Made by a program: the position numbers and the translations under genes. A stretch of DNA of 64,000 nt from a virus. Each line of letters starts with the position of its first letter. Position 1 is the stretch's first letter. The stretch is from positions 5,004 to 69,003 of IMG/VR virus record IMGVR_UViG_3300012988_000003, one strand, 5' to 3'. The notes beneath the pieces are model-generated. The model saw only the letters and a program-made list of their open reading frames with translations. It ran no database searches and was not told the origin of the DNA. Below, in pieces: positions 1 through 9,496 of the stretch.

Positions 1-1
1 A

Positions 2-97
2 ATCGGCCAGTTCAAAGACGACACCACCAAGCGGCTTGACCGCATTGAGAGCCTTTTACTGCGCGATATTCACCTGAATCAGCAACCGGCTCACTAA
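2..97 (+). CDS. 3' end of a small phage protein (partial, ...KRLDRIESLLLR...)
   Basis: Open frame from the window edge to TAA at 95-97, co-oriented with the late genes. Confidence 0.45.
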   Translation: MGQFKDDTTKRLDRIESLLLRDIHLNQQPAH

Positions 98-175
98 GGC
101 CCAAAGCGCTCTGTTTCGGCATTGCGCGTACAATTAGATCACTACCCCCTTTAAAGGAATCACGGGCCCCATACC

Positions 176-1696
176 ATGAAAAAGACCATCGTTTCGATCC
201 TCGCTGCCATGTGTTTAATCACAGCAGCTACCGCCCAGGCACCATCAGTCGGCGGCCGTATTCTCGTTTCGCGTTACGGCGCTTACCAACTGCAGGGCGG
301 TACAGTACTGGCGGCATCTGGAGCAGGAACGATCAGCTTTAATAATGCCGCATGTTTTGTTCCCGTCGGCACGCGCTCAATCGTCCCCATCGCTACCAAC
401 ATTCCGCTTAAAATCGTGGACGCAACCAGCGCAAACACCGAGACGGTAACGCCATCTTCTGTTTCAGTAGGTGCTGGTGTTTGCAACTTCACCGCTACCT
501 TCAATAACGCCCACGCGTCTTACTACGTGACATCTGGGACCGGCGGTCTGCAGGAAGCAATCCTCGACAATCCAAATCCAAGCGGGCCATTTTTGCTTGA
601 AGCGTCCTCAACCACGACCGATGCGCAGATCAAGGCAGCGACCAGTTTCAACCCAGCAATCGTGATTGAAGATTTTCGCGGCAACGCCAATGCGGGAATG
701 TCCTCACCGATTTACTGGCGTATGAATCCAAGCGCCGTCACTCCGCTCTCGACGCCAACTCCAGCGGCCTTGCCGACGACTACAACCGGCTCATTGACCT
801 CAAACGCCTATAAGGTGACAACCGCTTATGTTGACTGCCTGGGCGGCATTGGACTCGATTCAACCGAATCAGCAGCCACGGCAACAACCACCGGTGTTGT
901 GGTTCCATCACCGGCTGCCAAGACCGGCGCCTGTGCCTGGGTACCAAGGATTTCAAGCGCTGGTGGAACCGGTGATGAGACGCTTGCGGCTTCACCGCTG
1001 ACGAATTCAATCTGTCAGCTCTCAACCGTCGAGACGGTCATTCCGGCCTGTGCGATTGGCTCGGCTGCAACGATTACTGCCAATCCTTCGGGAACTGCAA
1101 AGCCCAGCGTTGAAGCGAATGCTTTTTCAACGTACACACTGCAACCATTCAACATCATGCCGCCTCCGGTAGTTACGCATTACCCGTTTGGCGTCTTTGT
1201 CGCCTCGGCCACGCTGAACAACTCGACTGCTGACGTGGCGCAGCTCGGGCCGTTCCCGGCGGGCTACTTCAATAAACTTGGCGGTACGTGGCAAATATGC
1301 ATGAAGGGTGGTTCGGCAACCGCCGTCGCGTCCTCGGTGCTCGTGGTTAAGCTGCTTGCAGCCAACGAATACGCACAGTCTCCCGTGACTCTTTCAACCA
1401 TTACTTATCCGACGCAAACGCGCGCAGCAGCGGGAACGATGCAGGGCTGCTGGCTGATGCAAACGGCTGTGACCGGAGCTTCTGGAAAGTTCTGGGTTGG
1501 TGATACCGGAAACTGGGTATCATTTTTGAACACGACTCCATCAACCCAGGTACTGGCTGCTGATGCCTCTGCTGCGGCTTCAAGCACGATCGATCTAACC
1601 AAGACCGTTTATCTATCGATCAATTATCTGGAAACCGCCAGCCAGAACATTACGGTGCCCATTGTGAACAGCGTTTCCATGCGGCAATTACAGTAA
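176..1696 (+). CDS. Thr/Ala/Ser-rich beta-structured virion/spike-like protein with N-terminal Sec signal peptide
   Basis: 506 aa; MKKTIVSILAAMCLITAATA-Q signal; fibre-like composition; C-terminal domain resembles that of 3072..5879. Confidence 0.6.
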   Translation: MKKTIVSILAAMCLITAATAQAPSVGGRILVSRYGAYQLQGGTVLAASGAGTISFNNAACFVPVGTRSIVPIATNIPLKIVDATSANTETVTPSSVSVGAGVCNFTATFNNAHASYYVTSGTGGLQEAILDNPNPSGPFLLEASSTTTDAQIKAATSFNPAIVIEDFRGNANAGMSSPIYWRMNPSAVTPLSTPTPAALPTTTTGSLTSNAYKVTTAYVDCLGGIGLDSTESAATATTTGVVVPSPAAKTGACAWVPRISSAGGTGDETLAASPLTNSICQLSTVETVIPACAIGSAATITANPSGTAKPSVEANAFSTYTLQPFNIMPPPVVTHYPFGVFVASATLNNSTADVAQLGPFPAGYFNKLGGTWQICMKGGSATAVASSVLVVKLLAANEYAQSPVTLSTITYPTQTRAAAGTMQGCWLMQTAVTGASGKFWVGDTGNWVSFLNTTPSTQVLAADASAAASSTIDLTKTVYLSINYLETASQNITVPIVNSVSMRQLQ

Positions 1697-1725
1697 ACCA
1701 AGCTTACGAGCACGACTCCTCGGTA

Positions 1726-1751
1726 GGGAGCCAGAAATGGCTCCCCTTTTT
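1726..1751 (+). terminator. Intrinsic terminator
   Basis: GGGAGCCA-gaaa-TGGCTCCC followed by a T run. Confidence 0.8.
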
Positions 1752-1774
1752 ATTGCTATCAAAAAGGAAATCCC

Positions 1775-1966
1775 ATGCCACCCATGAACGCGACAACGAC
1801 CTCGGCTCCCTTACAGCTTGAGGGCGTCAACAAAATGAAGAACGCTCCCAAAAAGAAAAAGACTATGGGCCAGAGGATGATCGGCAGGCGTGATCCTGAT
1901 GCCGCCGTCGAGGGAACGTCGAAAGACAAGTCCCGCTTTGAAGGTACGAGCAAAGACCGGTATTAA
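1775..1966 (+). CDS. Small basic protein with KKKTMGQRM motif
   Basis: AAGGAA RBS; shares motif with the next ORF. Confidence 0.55.
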   Translation: MPPMNATTTSAPLQLEGVNKMKNAPKKKKTMGQRMIGRRDPDAAVEGTSKDKSRFEGTSKDRY

Positions 1967-1967
1967 C

Positions 1968-2144
1968 GTGCCCTACGTATCCGATAAACAGCGGCGCTAC
2001 TTCAACGCGAACCGCGACGAAATTGGCCCCAAGGTTGTGGACGAATTCAACCAGGCCAGCAAGGGCAAGAAACTGCCCGAGCGCGCACCGAAGAAGAAAA
2101 CCATGGGCCAGAGGCTTATGGGAAACAGAAAAGCGAGTAACTAA
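1968..2144 (+). CDS. Small basic phage protein (MPYVSDKQRRYF type) with KKKTMGQRL motif
   Basis: GTG start at 1968 right after the previous stop; P-x-x-S-x-x-QRRYF start typical of small phage late proteins. Confidence 0.65.
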   Translation: MPYVSDKQRRYFNANRDEIGPKVVDEFNQASKGKKLPERAPKKKTMGQRLMGNRKASN

Positions 2145-2147
2145 CCC

Positions 2148-2513
2148 ATGCCCAAGACCACGTTTTACACCATGAACGCCGCTGCCGGTGCCTTCACTGC
2201 AATTCCAGCGACCATTCCTTGCCGGTACGTCGAGGTTCGCGAGGATGAATCGGTCACGCCGCAGGGATTGATCTATCAGCGGCCCAATCTTGACCGCACA
2301 TTCTCTGTCACCGAGCAGGTCGGTACGCCGTCCAGCCCGGACGCACCGCAGATCATACTCGGGAACAAGCTGGCTGCTGGCAACGCAAAGAGCGCATTGC
2401 TCGGTCTGCCGGCGCAGAACTCCGGTGGCTCGGCAATCGCGGCAACCATAATCCTGCAAATCAAGTCGGTGGGCGCAGGCGGCAACAAAATTCGCGTAAT
2501 CGAGCATGAATGA
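2148..2513 (+). CDS. Small virion protein, paralog of 2793..3071
   Basis: CRYVEVREDESV motif; beta-rich. Confidence 0.65.
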   Translation: MPKTTFYTMNAAAGAFTAIPATIPCRYVEVREDESVTPQGLIYQRPNLDRTFSVTEQVGTPSSPDAPQIILGNKLAAGNAKSALLGLPAQNSGGSAIAATIILQIKSVGAGGNKIRVIEHE

Positions 2514-2793
2514 TGCTGGTGTTCTGGTGGACACACCATTTGACCGTCCGGGCGACAAGAACATTCCCGCTGCGATGGCGCTTGATCTCACAGGCCAGCG
2601 CATCTCTCCTCTAATCCTTGCGGTCATTGGCTCTCTGCTGGAGAAAAAAGGCAGCCTAGTAATTAAAAATGCGGCGATAGAAAAACCCGGAGAGAGCGCC
2701 AAAATGTTTGGTTTCACCTTCGAAGATGGGACGGACAATAAGCACTTCTTCATCGTCTACGGGAAATGTAAAACCAGAATTGAAGTTCCATAG
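2506..2793 (+). CDS. Hypothetical protein
   Basis: Overlapping/coupled with both neighbours. Confidence 0.5.
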   Translation: MNDAGVLVDTPFDRPGDKNIPAAMALDLTGQRISPLILAVIGSLLEKKGSLVIKNAAIEKPGESAKMFGFTFEDGTDNKHFFIVYGKCKTRIEVP

Positions 2794-3071
2794 TGGCAAA
2801 AACCAAGGCCACGACTCTCACCACCACACCGCAAAACATCGTTGTCCAAAGCTCCTGTAACACCGTTCTGGTCAAGGAAGATGAATCTGTCGTCGGCTGG
2901 CCGACGGTCGCCCTTGTAATAAAAAAAGGTGCTGGTGATCCTGACACGCTGACCTCAGGCAAAAGCTACCAGTTCCTGTCGCCGCCAAATTGTCAGTTCT
3001 CGGCTGGCTCCATTCTTGGAACCATCGCCGTGGCCATTGGCTCAACATCAGGCATTCAAGACGAACAATAA
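2793..3071 (+). CDS. Small virion protein, paralog of 2148..2513
   Basis: CNTVLVKEDESV motif. Confidence 0.6.
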   Translation: MAKTKATTLTTTPQNIVVQSSCNTVLVKEDESVVGWPTVALVIKKGAGDPDTLTSGKSYQFLSPPNCQFSAGSILGTIAVAIGSTSGIQDEQ

Positions 3072-5879
3072 ATGAAGTTAAAACTCCCGGTTACACCTCA
3101 CATAAGGAAGCAGCTCGCTGCTTCATCGGTCAAGCACGGTAAACATGTTGCCGTCGATTACCAGTCTTACGCTCATTTTCAGGAGCGCATCGACCGCGAG
3201 TATCGTCATCTGTCCGAGCCTGAAAGAGATGCCCTCATCGTTACCTGCTGCCTGACCCATCCTAATCACCGAAAGAAACACGCTTCAAGGAAATGGCGCT
3301 GGATCCTCCCGGCTATAGCTGTGATCTTCGTGATTCTGTTTTTCGCTTTGGCGGCGCGCGCGCAAGGCACCAGCCAGATCGATGTCATCACCTTTCAGGA
3401 TGCAGCCGGTGTGCCGATCAAAAGTTTTGCGGCACCATTCAAGATTAAATGCTCAACCAACGTTACCTGCGCGGCTTCCGGCTCGGTGCTCACGGTCACA
3501 GCCTCGGGCGGTGGTGCTGGCGGATACGCCACGGTACAGAATGCCGGTGTCGCCATTGTGCAGGAACCGGTGTTGAATTTCCTCGGCGCTCTGGCCTGCG
3601 TGGACAATGCCGGGAATACGTCATCTGATTGCAAGATTTCAGCCAACATCGCGGTTGCCCACCAGTTCCTTACCGGGATCGATGCGAGCGGAAACTTCAC
3701 GCGCGCGCAGCCTGCGTACTCAGATTTAACCGGTACTCCAACTCTTCCCGCAACGAAAGCAGCCGTAGGGTCAAACTGGATTAACTCATACGATGCGACC
3801 ACTGGATTATTCACGGCAACACGGCCAGACTACAGCGATATAACTAGCCTTCCACAACTGGCACAGACGAAATTCGCGGTAGCAAACAAGTTCCTGACCG
3901 AGTACAACGCATCGAACGGTCTTTTTCAATTCGCACAACCGGCCTCAACCAACCTGTCCGATTTCTCGGCTGTAGCCGCTTCACACACCGGGATGCTGCC
4001 GATCTGGGACCAGCCATCAACTACCTACATCCCAGGCGATCCGATCATCACCGGGCCAGATGCCAACGGCGCGGTGCCAGTCGGTAATCCGGTAGTCACT
4101 GCTGGATGGGATGGTACGAACGTCCGCAGAGTAAAGACTGATGCCGCCGGAGTGGTTCAGGTCAACGTGACCGGGCTGAACGTGGCTTGTGCAGGACTTC
4201 CGGCTCTGACTGGCGACATCACAAGTCCATCTGGATCATGTGCGACCACTCTCGCTCCAACCATCGCCGGTGCTCATAGCTTCACCGGAACCATAACATA
4301 TACAGGGCCAAATCCTTATTTTGATCCGCGCAATTACGGAGTTAATGTATGTAGCGGCTCGGGTGACGACACAACAGCTTTCAATAGCGCCATCAGCGCA
4401 GCCAATACGGCAGGTGGTGGTTGGGTACTGATTCCTACTGGCAGTGTATGCGTCATTGCGGGCCAGCTCAATATGGCTTCAATGGATGGCGTGAGGCTGG
4501 CCGGGACTCCCGGGATAGTCACATTCAACACTCCCAAGCCAATCTTGAAGTTTACCGGCACGACCTCGCCATTGATTGACGCGCGCTCATCGCAGGGTTT
4601 GGAATTCGATCACTTCACCGTCCAATACACGAATGCTGCTTTTGCTGGCAGAGTGATTGACTTTCAGCATCTCGTGGGCGTGGACAGCCAGAACTTTCGC
4701 ATTCACGACATGACGATTACCGGCACGTCAACGGCAAAGGGGGCAATCTGTCTGGTCTGCGCTGATAACACGGACGTGGGAAGCGTGGATGGTGTTTCTT
4801 TCTTCTGGGCGCTCCACGCGGTCGAGGCACTGACCTCCAACATTTTCCGCGTGAGCAATTCAAACTTCGGCTCCGGCGTTGTTGGTGTGGGCGACATCAC
4901 GGGCGATTACATCACCGATCTCGGGAACAACAACACGATTGGCCCTAACAACAATTTCGAAATGTCAACGAATGTGAGCGCGATCCATTGTTCAACGTGT
5001 GGCAACAACATCAATATATTCCAGAATACAGGCAATGACTTTGTTGCCGGATACAGCGCCGTACTCTTCAATATGAACTCCAACCTGGTCAACGCGCAGG
5101 ACAATTTCGTAGGTCTTGGACCGGGAGGAACATCGACATTCTTTAGTGGTGCCGGGGCTCAAGGTACATTCAATCTGGTGGGAAACACGCTAGGTAACTG
5201 GGGAACGGCGTGGATAGGATTAAACGGGCCGGCAAAATCAGTCAACATCCAGAACAACGGCTACGGCACTATTGGCACTTTCCTGAATATCTGTTGCCCT
5301 ACGTCAGGAACGATTCAGGACAACAACGGCCTCACCACAATGTACGGAACCACCGTTTTTGCTGGCAGTGCCAACAAGACTGGACAGGCCGACATCGTAG
5401 CTTCCTCTGGCGCGATCAACACATCCGAAACGGTGATCGTAAAGACACCGGCGCTCGCTGCGAGCCGACTCGTTGCTGGTACGCATTTCCGCATTATCCT
5501 GATGGGAACATGCACCAGCACGGTAGCCAACGTCAGCACATTCACTCTGCGATGGGGAACCAACGGCACCACTGCAGATGGAACAGTTGCAGCTTTAGCC
5601 ACCAGTGCAGCTGCTACGAGTGGAACCAACAACGGATTCCGCACCGTAATTGATCTGACCGTTCGTACTGCCGGAGCGTCGGCCACAAGTAACGCCTTCC
5701 TCCAGCTCACGTCAGACGGAAATATCGGCATCGTTGCCACTCCCAATGCCAAGTCAGTAGCTGGCACGGCATTCAATACGACCACGGTCAGCGGGATTTT
5801 GAGTCTTGCCTATAAGAGCGCGGCTACCACAACGACGACCACATTCACTAACGCCACTATCGAGATTGTCCAAAACTAA
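3072..5879 (+). CDS. Tailspike-like protein with pectate-lyase-like beta-helix and N-terminal TM/signal segment
   Basis: FDPRNYG...GDDTTAFNSAISAA...GGWVLIP beta-helix entry motif; three ~39-aa fibre repeats; WRWILPAIAVIFVILFFALAARA-Q hydrophobic segment. Confidence 0.75.
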   Translation: MKLKLPVTPHIRKQLAASSVKHGKHVAVDYQSYAHFQERIDREYRHLSEPERDALIVTCCLTHPNHRKKHASRKWRWILPAIAVIFVILFFALAARAQGTSQIDVITFQDAAGVPIKSFAAPFKIKCSTNVTCAASGSVLTVTASGGGAGGYATVQNAGVAIVQEPVLNFLGALACVDNAGNTSSDCKISANIAVAHQFLTGIDASGNFTRAQPAYSDLTGTPTLPATKAAVGSNWINSYDATTGLFTATRPDYSDITSLPQLAQTKFAVANKFLTEYNASNGLFQFAQPASTNLSDFSAVAASHTGMLPIWDQPSTTYIPGDPIITGPDANGAVPVGNPVVTAGWDGTNVRRVKTDAAGVVQVNVTGLNVACAGLPALTGDITSPSGSCATTLAPTIAGAHSFTGTITYTGPNPYFDPRNYGVNVCSGSGDDTTAFNSAISAANTAGGGWVLIPTGSVCVIAGQLNMASMDGVRLAGTPGIVTFNTPKPILKFTGTTSPLIDARSSQGLEFDHFTVQYTNAAFAGRVIDFQHLVGVDSQNFRIHDMTITGTSTAKGAICLVCADNTDVGSVDGVSFFWALHAVEALTSNIFRVSNSNFGSGVVGVGDITGDYITDLGNNNTIGPNNNFEMSTNVSAIHCSTCGNNINIFQNTGNDFVAGYSAVLFNMNSNLVNAQDNFVGLGPGGTSTFFSGAGAQGTFNLVGNTLGNWGTAWIGLNGPAKSVNIQNNGYGTIGTFLNICCPTSGTIQDNNGLTTMYGTTVFAGSANKTGQADIVASSGAINTSETVIVKTPALAASRLVAGTHFRIILMGTCTSTVANVSTFTLRWGTNGTTADGTVAALATSAAATSGTNNGFRTVIDLTVRTAGASATSNAFLQLTSDGNIGIVATPNAKSVAGTAFNTTTVSGILSLAYKSAATTTTTTFTNATIEIVQN

Positions 5880-5880
5880 A

Positions 5881-6237
5881 ATGCCTTTCCCCTTCGTCAC
5901 GCGCAGCCATCACGACGACATGATCTCGGAACTACGCAGACAGCTTGCGGCCAAAGAATCAGAACGCCAGAAATACATCGACATCCTCGCGCAGATGGGC
6001 TGGGGCGTGAAGGTATTCGGCGCTGGCGACCAGCCGGAAATCGAAGAGACACCGGCAGCAAAAACCTCCAGCTCGACGCCTACGGTTCCTCTGGCGCGCA
6101 TGCGGCCCACTCAGGCAGCGCGTGTGATCAGCGGCAGATTGCAGCGCGAGTACGACGAACAGCTAAAGAACAACCGCAGGGCTGAAGTCCTTCAAGGCGT
6201 AGCGGCCATCATCGGCGACAAGCTTCAAGAGAACTAA
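5881..6237 (+). CDS. Hypothetical protein upstream of portal
   Basis: ATG at 5881 just after the tailspike stop. Confidence 0.6.
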   Translation: MPFPFVTRSHHDDMISELRRQLAAKESERQKYIDILAQMGWGVKVFGAGDQPEIEETPAAKTSSSTPTVPLARMRPTQAARVISGRLQREYDEQLKNNRRAEVLQGVAAIIGDKLQEN

Positions 6238-6258
6238 CAAGAAAAACCCCCACAATCC

Positions 6259-8637
6259 ATGGCCACACAAGCAGTCGGTATTACCGTCCAGAAACTACCT
6301 GTCCAGCAAGACCACGGCCAGGAAGCGACCGGCGACGACCCGAAAAAAGACAACGCGCAGACCGGCGAGACCCAACTTAGCCCTGACGAGCAAAAAGAAC
6401 TGATCGAACTGGTGCGCAAGTACAAGCAACAGTGGTATCTCGCCCGGCGCATGATCCTCAAAAGAGTTCTCAAGGCGCACGAGTTCTTTAAGGGCAACCA
6501 GTTCATCAGTTTCGACCCGCAATCCTTTCAGTGGTTCGATGCTCTGGAATCGGCCTTCTCCGGTGACAATTCCGGCGCCGATCTCGAGATGTACCAATTC
6601 GCGACCAACTTCTACCAGATGCTTGGCTTCGCTTTTGTGGCCGCGCTTTCATCCCAGGTCCCAAAGACGCGCGCATTGCCGGAAAACGCGGAAAAAGAAG
6701 AGGACATTGCCACAGCCAAAGCTTTCTCAACGGTGCAGGAAATCATTGAACGCAAGAACCAGATTGCCAGCCTGCACAAACAGGCATTGCTCGAACTCTG
6801 GATGTCAGGCTGCTACTTCCGGCATACGCGGTATGTAGTCGATGCCGACGCGGCTGGAACACACAAAGAGCCGGCGCTCCAAATCTCGCAACAAGTCATG
6901 ATGCCCGCGCGGTACTCGTGCTCGGCTTGCGCAGCCACGACACCGGCGCAGGGCCAGCAACAGAATTGCGCCAAGTGCGGCCAGCCATTAAGCGATCAGG
7001 ATTACTTCCCTGAAGAGCAGATGGAGATCCCGATAGCGCAGGAGTTCAAAGAAGTGGCCAACGGCATGGTCACGATGGACATTTACGGGCCGATGCACGT
7101 TGACGTACACCCGCGGGCAGGCGATCTGACCGAAACACCGATATTGAATCTTGACCAGGAAGTATCGGTCGGCGTGCTGCGATCGATGTTCCCGGGCAAA
7201 TGGGACGAGATCAGGAAAGAAACCGGCGGTTTATCTCAGGACAGCACACAGGAAAAACAGAGCCGGTCAATCATCTTCTCCGAAGGCACGAGCGCCGCGG
7301 CACTGACACAAGAGCAGTTACCGACATATTCCAGAACCTGGATTCAACCGTGGGCGTTCAATGACATCGATGACAAGGTAAAAGTCGATAAGTACAAAAA
7401 GCTGTTCCCCGACGGCGTTCTGCTCTGCAATATCGGTGACACCTTCCTCGACGCGCAGTCGGCCAAGCTGACCAAAGAGTGGACGCATTGCGGCACGGTC
7501 AAGAAGAAATTCGGTATGTTCCCGCCAGCCGTGGGCGATGCGGCGATTCCGGTACAGGAACGCATTAACGACACCGGCAACATCACGCACGAGTACATGG
7601 ACCGGCTCGCCGGCGGCATCATCCTGGTCAATCAGGACGGTATCGACACAAATTCCATGTCCGGTAAGCCGCTGCTGCCCGGAACCATGAATCCGGTCAA
7701 ACTGCCGAAGGCGCTGCAGAACTCGCGTCTGGCTGACCAGATCGTCCAGATCAAGTGCGAACTGGACGACAACATCTATAACTACACCGACAAACTGGTC
7801 TTCTGGATGCAGTTGCTTGTCGGTACGCCGCCGCAAATCTTCGGTGGCGCGGGCGATCCGCACATTGAGACGGCGGCAGGCCAGCAGCAGCAGCTATCGA
7901 CCGCCATGGGCAAACTGGGCGGCTTCTGGGATGAATGCCGAGATGAGAACGCCAAAGCAGCCGAGCTGGCGGTGAACTGCGCAGCGGAGAACATGAACGA
8001 TGATTGGTTTGACGTTGTAACCGATTCCTCGGGCCAGTTCCGCAACGAGTACGTGTTCTTGGACGACATGCGCGGGTCGATCCATGCGTATCCGGAAACC
8101 GATCAGGGCTTCCCGATGACGCACTCCGAGATTGCGGCATGGTGGAACAAGTTAATCGAGTATGCATCCGGCGGCAAGAATCCGCTGGCCAACGCAATTC
8201 TGGACGAGCCGGCCAATCAGGAGCAGATTGCTATCTGGACTGGCGTGCCTGGGCTGGTAGTTCCCGGCAAGGAAATGCGCAATAAGGTCATGCAGATCAT
8301 TGACCGGCTGATCAAAGAGCAGCCACAAGAGTCGATGGCTCCGGTGCCGAACCCTGCCGATCCTACAGGCCAGTCTCAGATCATGCAGCCAATCACCATG
8401 CCGTCGATTCAGCCAGACCCGCTGGTAGACGATATGGAGATCATCATTCAGGTAACAAAAGACTGGGCCGCAAAGAACTGGATGATGGCCGATGAAAACC
8501 CACCGGCATGGACCAATGTTCTCGCGTACCTCAAGCTTGCCGTTTCCTATCAGCAGAAAGACCAGATGGCGCAAATGCAACTTGAAGCGCAAACTGGCGG
8601 TAAGCCGGTAGCGGCATCCAACGGTCAGGAGGAATAA
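6259..8637 (+). CDS. Portal protein (P22-like) with Zn-ribbon insertion
   Basis: 792 aa, position before scaffold/capsid, helical N-terminus, Gln-rich C-terminus; CSAC...CAKC insertion. Confidence 0.8.
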   Translation: MATQAVGITVQKLPVQQDHGQEATGDDPKKDNAQTGETQLSPDEQKELIELVRKYKQQWYLARRMILKRVLKAHEFFKGNQFISFDPQSFQWFDALESAFSGDNSGADLEMYQFATNFYQMLGFAFVAALSSQVPKTRALPENAEKEEDIATAKAFSTVQEIIERKNQIASLHKQALLELWMSGCYFRHTRYVVDADAAGTHKEPALQISQQVMMPARYSCSACAATTPAQGQQQNCAKCGQPLSDQDYFPEEQMEIPIAQEFKEVANGMVTMDIYGPMHVDVHPRAGDLTETPILNLDQEVSVGVLRSMFPGKWDEIRKETGGLSQDSTQEKQSRSIIFSEGTSAAALTQEQLPTYSRTWIQPWAFNDIDDKVKVDKYKKLFPDGVLLCNIGDTFLDAQSAKLTKEWTHCGTVKKKFGMFPPAVGDAAIPVQERINDTGNITHEYMDRLAGGIILVNQDGIDTNSMSGKPLLPGTMNPVKLPKALQNSRLADQIVQIKCELDDNIYNYTDKLVFWMQLLVGTPPQIFGGAGDPHIETAAGQQQQLSTAMGKLGGFWDECRDENAKAAELAVNCAAENMNDDWFDVVTDSSGQFRNEYVFLDDMRGSIHAYPETDQGFPMTHSEIAAWWNKLIEYASGGKNPLANAILDEPANQEQIAIWTGVPGLVVPGKEMRNKVMQIIDRLIKEQPQESMAPVPNPADPTGQSQIMQPITMPSIQPDPLVDDMEIIIQVTKDWAAKNWMMADENPPAWTNVLAYLKLAVSYQQKDQMAQMQLEAQTGGKPVAASNGQEE

Positions 8638-8643
8638 CTATTC

Positions 8644-8952
8644 ATGCGACTATTTGGCGATCCCATCACTTTAACCACGGTTGAGGGAAAGAAAATTACC
8701 GCGCTGGTAATCGGTGTGCGCACCGAACCGGCCACACACATCGGCACCAACGGCGAACCGCTGCTATCGCTGGCCTACTTCACTCCGGGACCAACCTTCG
8801 GTACCGCCGATTCGGTGATTGTTCACGATGTACCACACTCATCGGTTGAAGGAATCGTCGGTGTTGGTCGCTGGGACGATTACCAGATGGAGCCGGAAAA
8901 GGCCGCAGCCGAAGAAGCCCACCCAGAAGGCTGGAAGCAGCAAAGCGCGTAA
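8644..8952 (+). CDS. Hypothetical small phage protein
   Basis: AGGAGG RBS; weak resemblance to 56554..56766. Confidence 0.6.
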   Translation: MRLFGDPITLTTVEGKKITALVIGVRTEPATHIGTNGEPLLSLAYFTPGPTFGTADSVIVHDVPHSSVEGIVGVGRWDDYQMEPEKAAAEEAHPEGWKQQSA

Positions 8953-8960
8953 ATACCGCC

Positions 8961-9161
8961 ATGTCCGAAGAGCGTTACCGCGAACTACCGAACATGCTGT
9001 ACAACGGTGCTCTGGTAGGACACGTTGGCGCTCGCGACATCTTCTTTCTGAGAACCGCGCACATCCTCTGGGATGATCTAGAGACCGCGATCATTATTCA
9101 CGAAGGAACCGGTGTCAAGGTCGGGGAAATGTACCCGGAAGCACCGAAGCATATTGAGTGA
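8961..9161 (+). CDS. Hypothetical protein
   Basis: Tightly packed ORF in the operon. Confidence 0.5.
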   Translation: MSEERYRELPNMLYNGALVGHVGARDIFFLRTAHILWDDLETAIIIHEGTGVKVGEMYPEAPKHIE

Positions 9162-9170
9162 GGATACTGA

Positions 9171-9398
9171 ATGCCAGACGAGAAGCACTACACGGATTCG
9201 TATTTAATTGAACGCGGCTCTAGCGTTGACATAATCGAACGCTGCGCTGCTTTTATTCGCCAGTGCGGTGATTTTGAAGGCTTGTTGGATTATGCGGAAG
9301 ACGAGAGCAACCCCGGAAAGTACCAGAAATTGCTACACGCTCTCACGAAACAAGCAATGCGCATAATTGCCAATGAATCAAAGGACTCAGGAACGTAA
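9171..9398 (+). CDS. Hypothetical protein
   Basis: GAGGA RBS, lower GC. Confidence 0.5.
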   Translation: MPDEKHYTDSYLIERGSSVDIIERCAAFIRQCGDFEGLLDYAEDESNPGKYQKLLHALTKQAMRIIANESKDSGT

Positions 9399-9433
9399 GT
9401 AGATAAACACCACGAATTTAGCAGTACCCAAAC

Positions 9434-9460
9434 ACCCGCCTCACTGGCGGGTTTTTTATT
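9434..9460 (+). terminator. Intrinsic terminator
   Basis: ACCCGCC-tcact-GGCGGGT plus T tract. Confidence 0.8.
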
Positions 9461-9496
9461 GCCCAAAACAAATCAGGAGTTCAAAGAGAGAAGTCT

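Noticed and set aside
1863-2753. 296-aa minus-strand ORF and many other long antisense ORFs in the virion module
   Set aside because: Shadows of GC-rich plus-strand genes that have RBSs and tight packing
3072-5879. Diversity-generating retroelement target in the tailspike
   Set aside because: No reverse transcriptase and no template/variable repeat pair seen in the window
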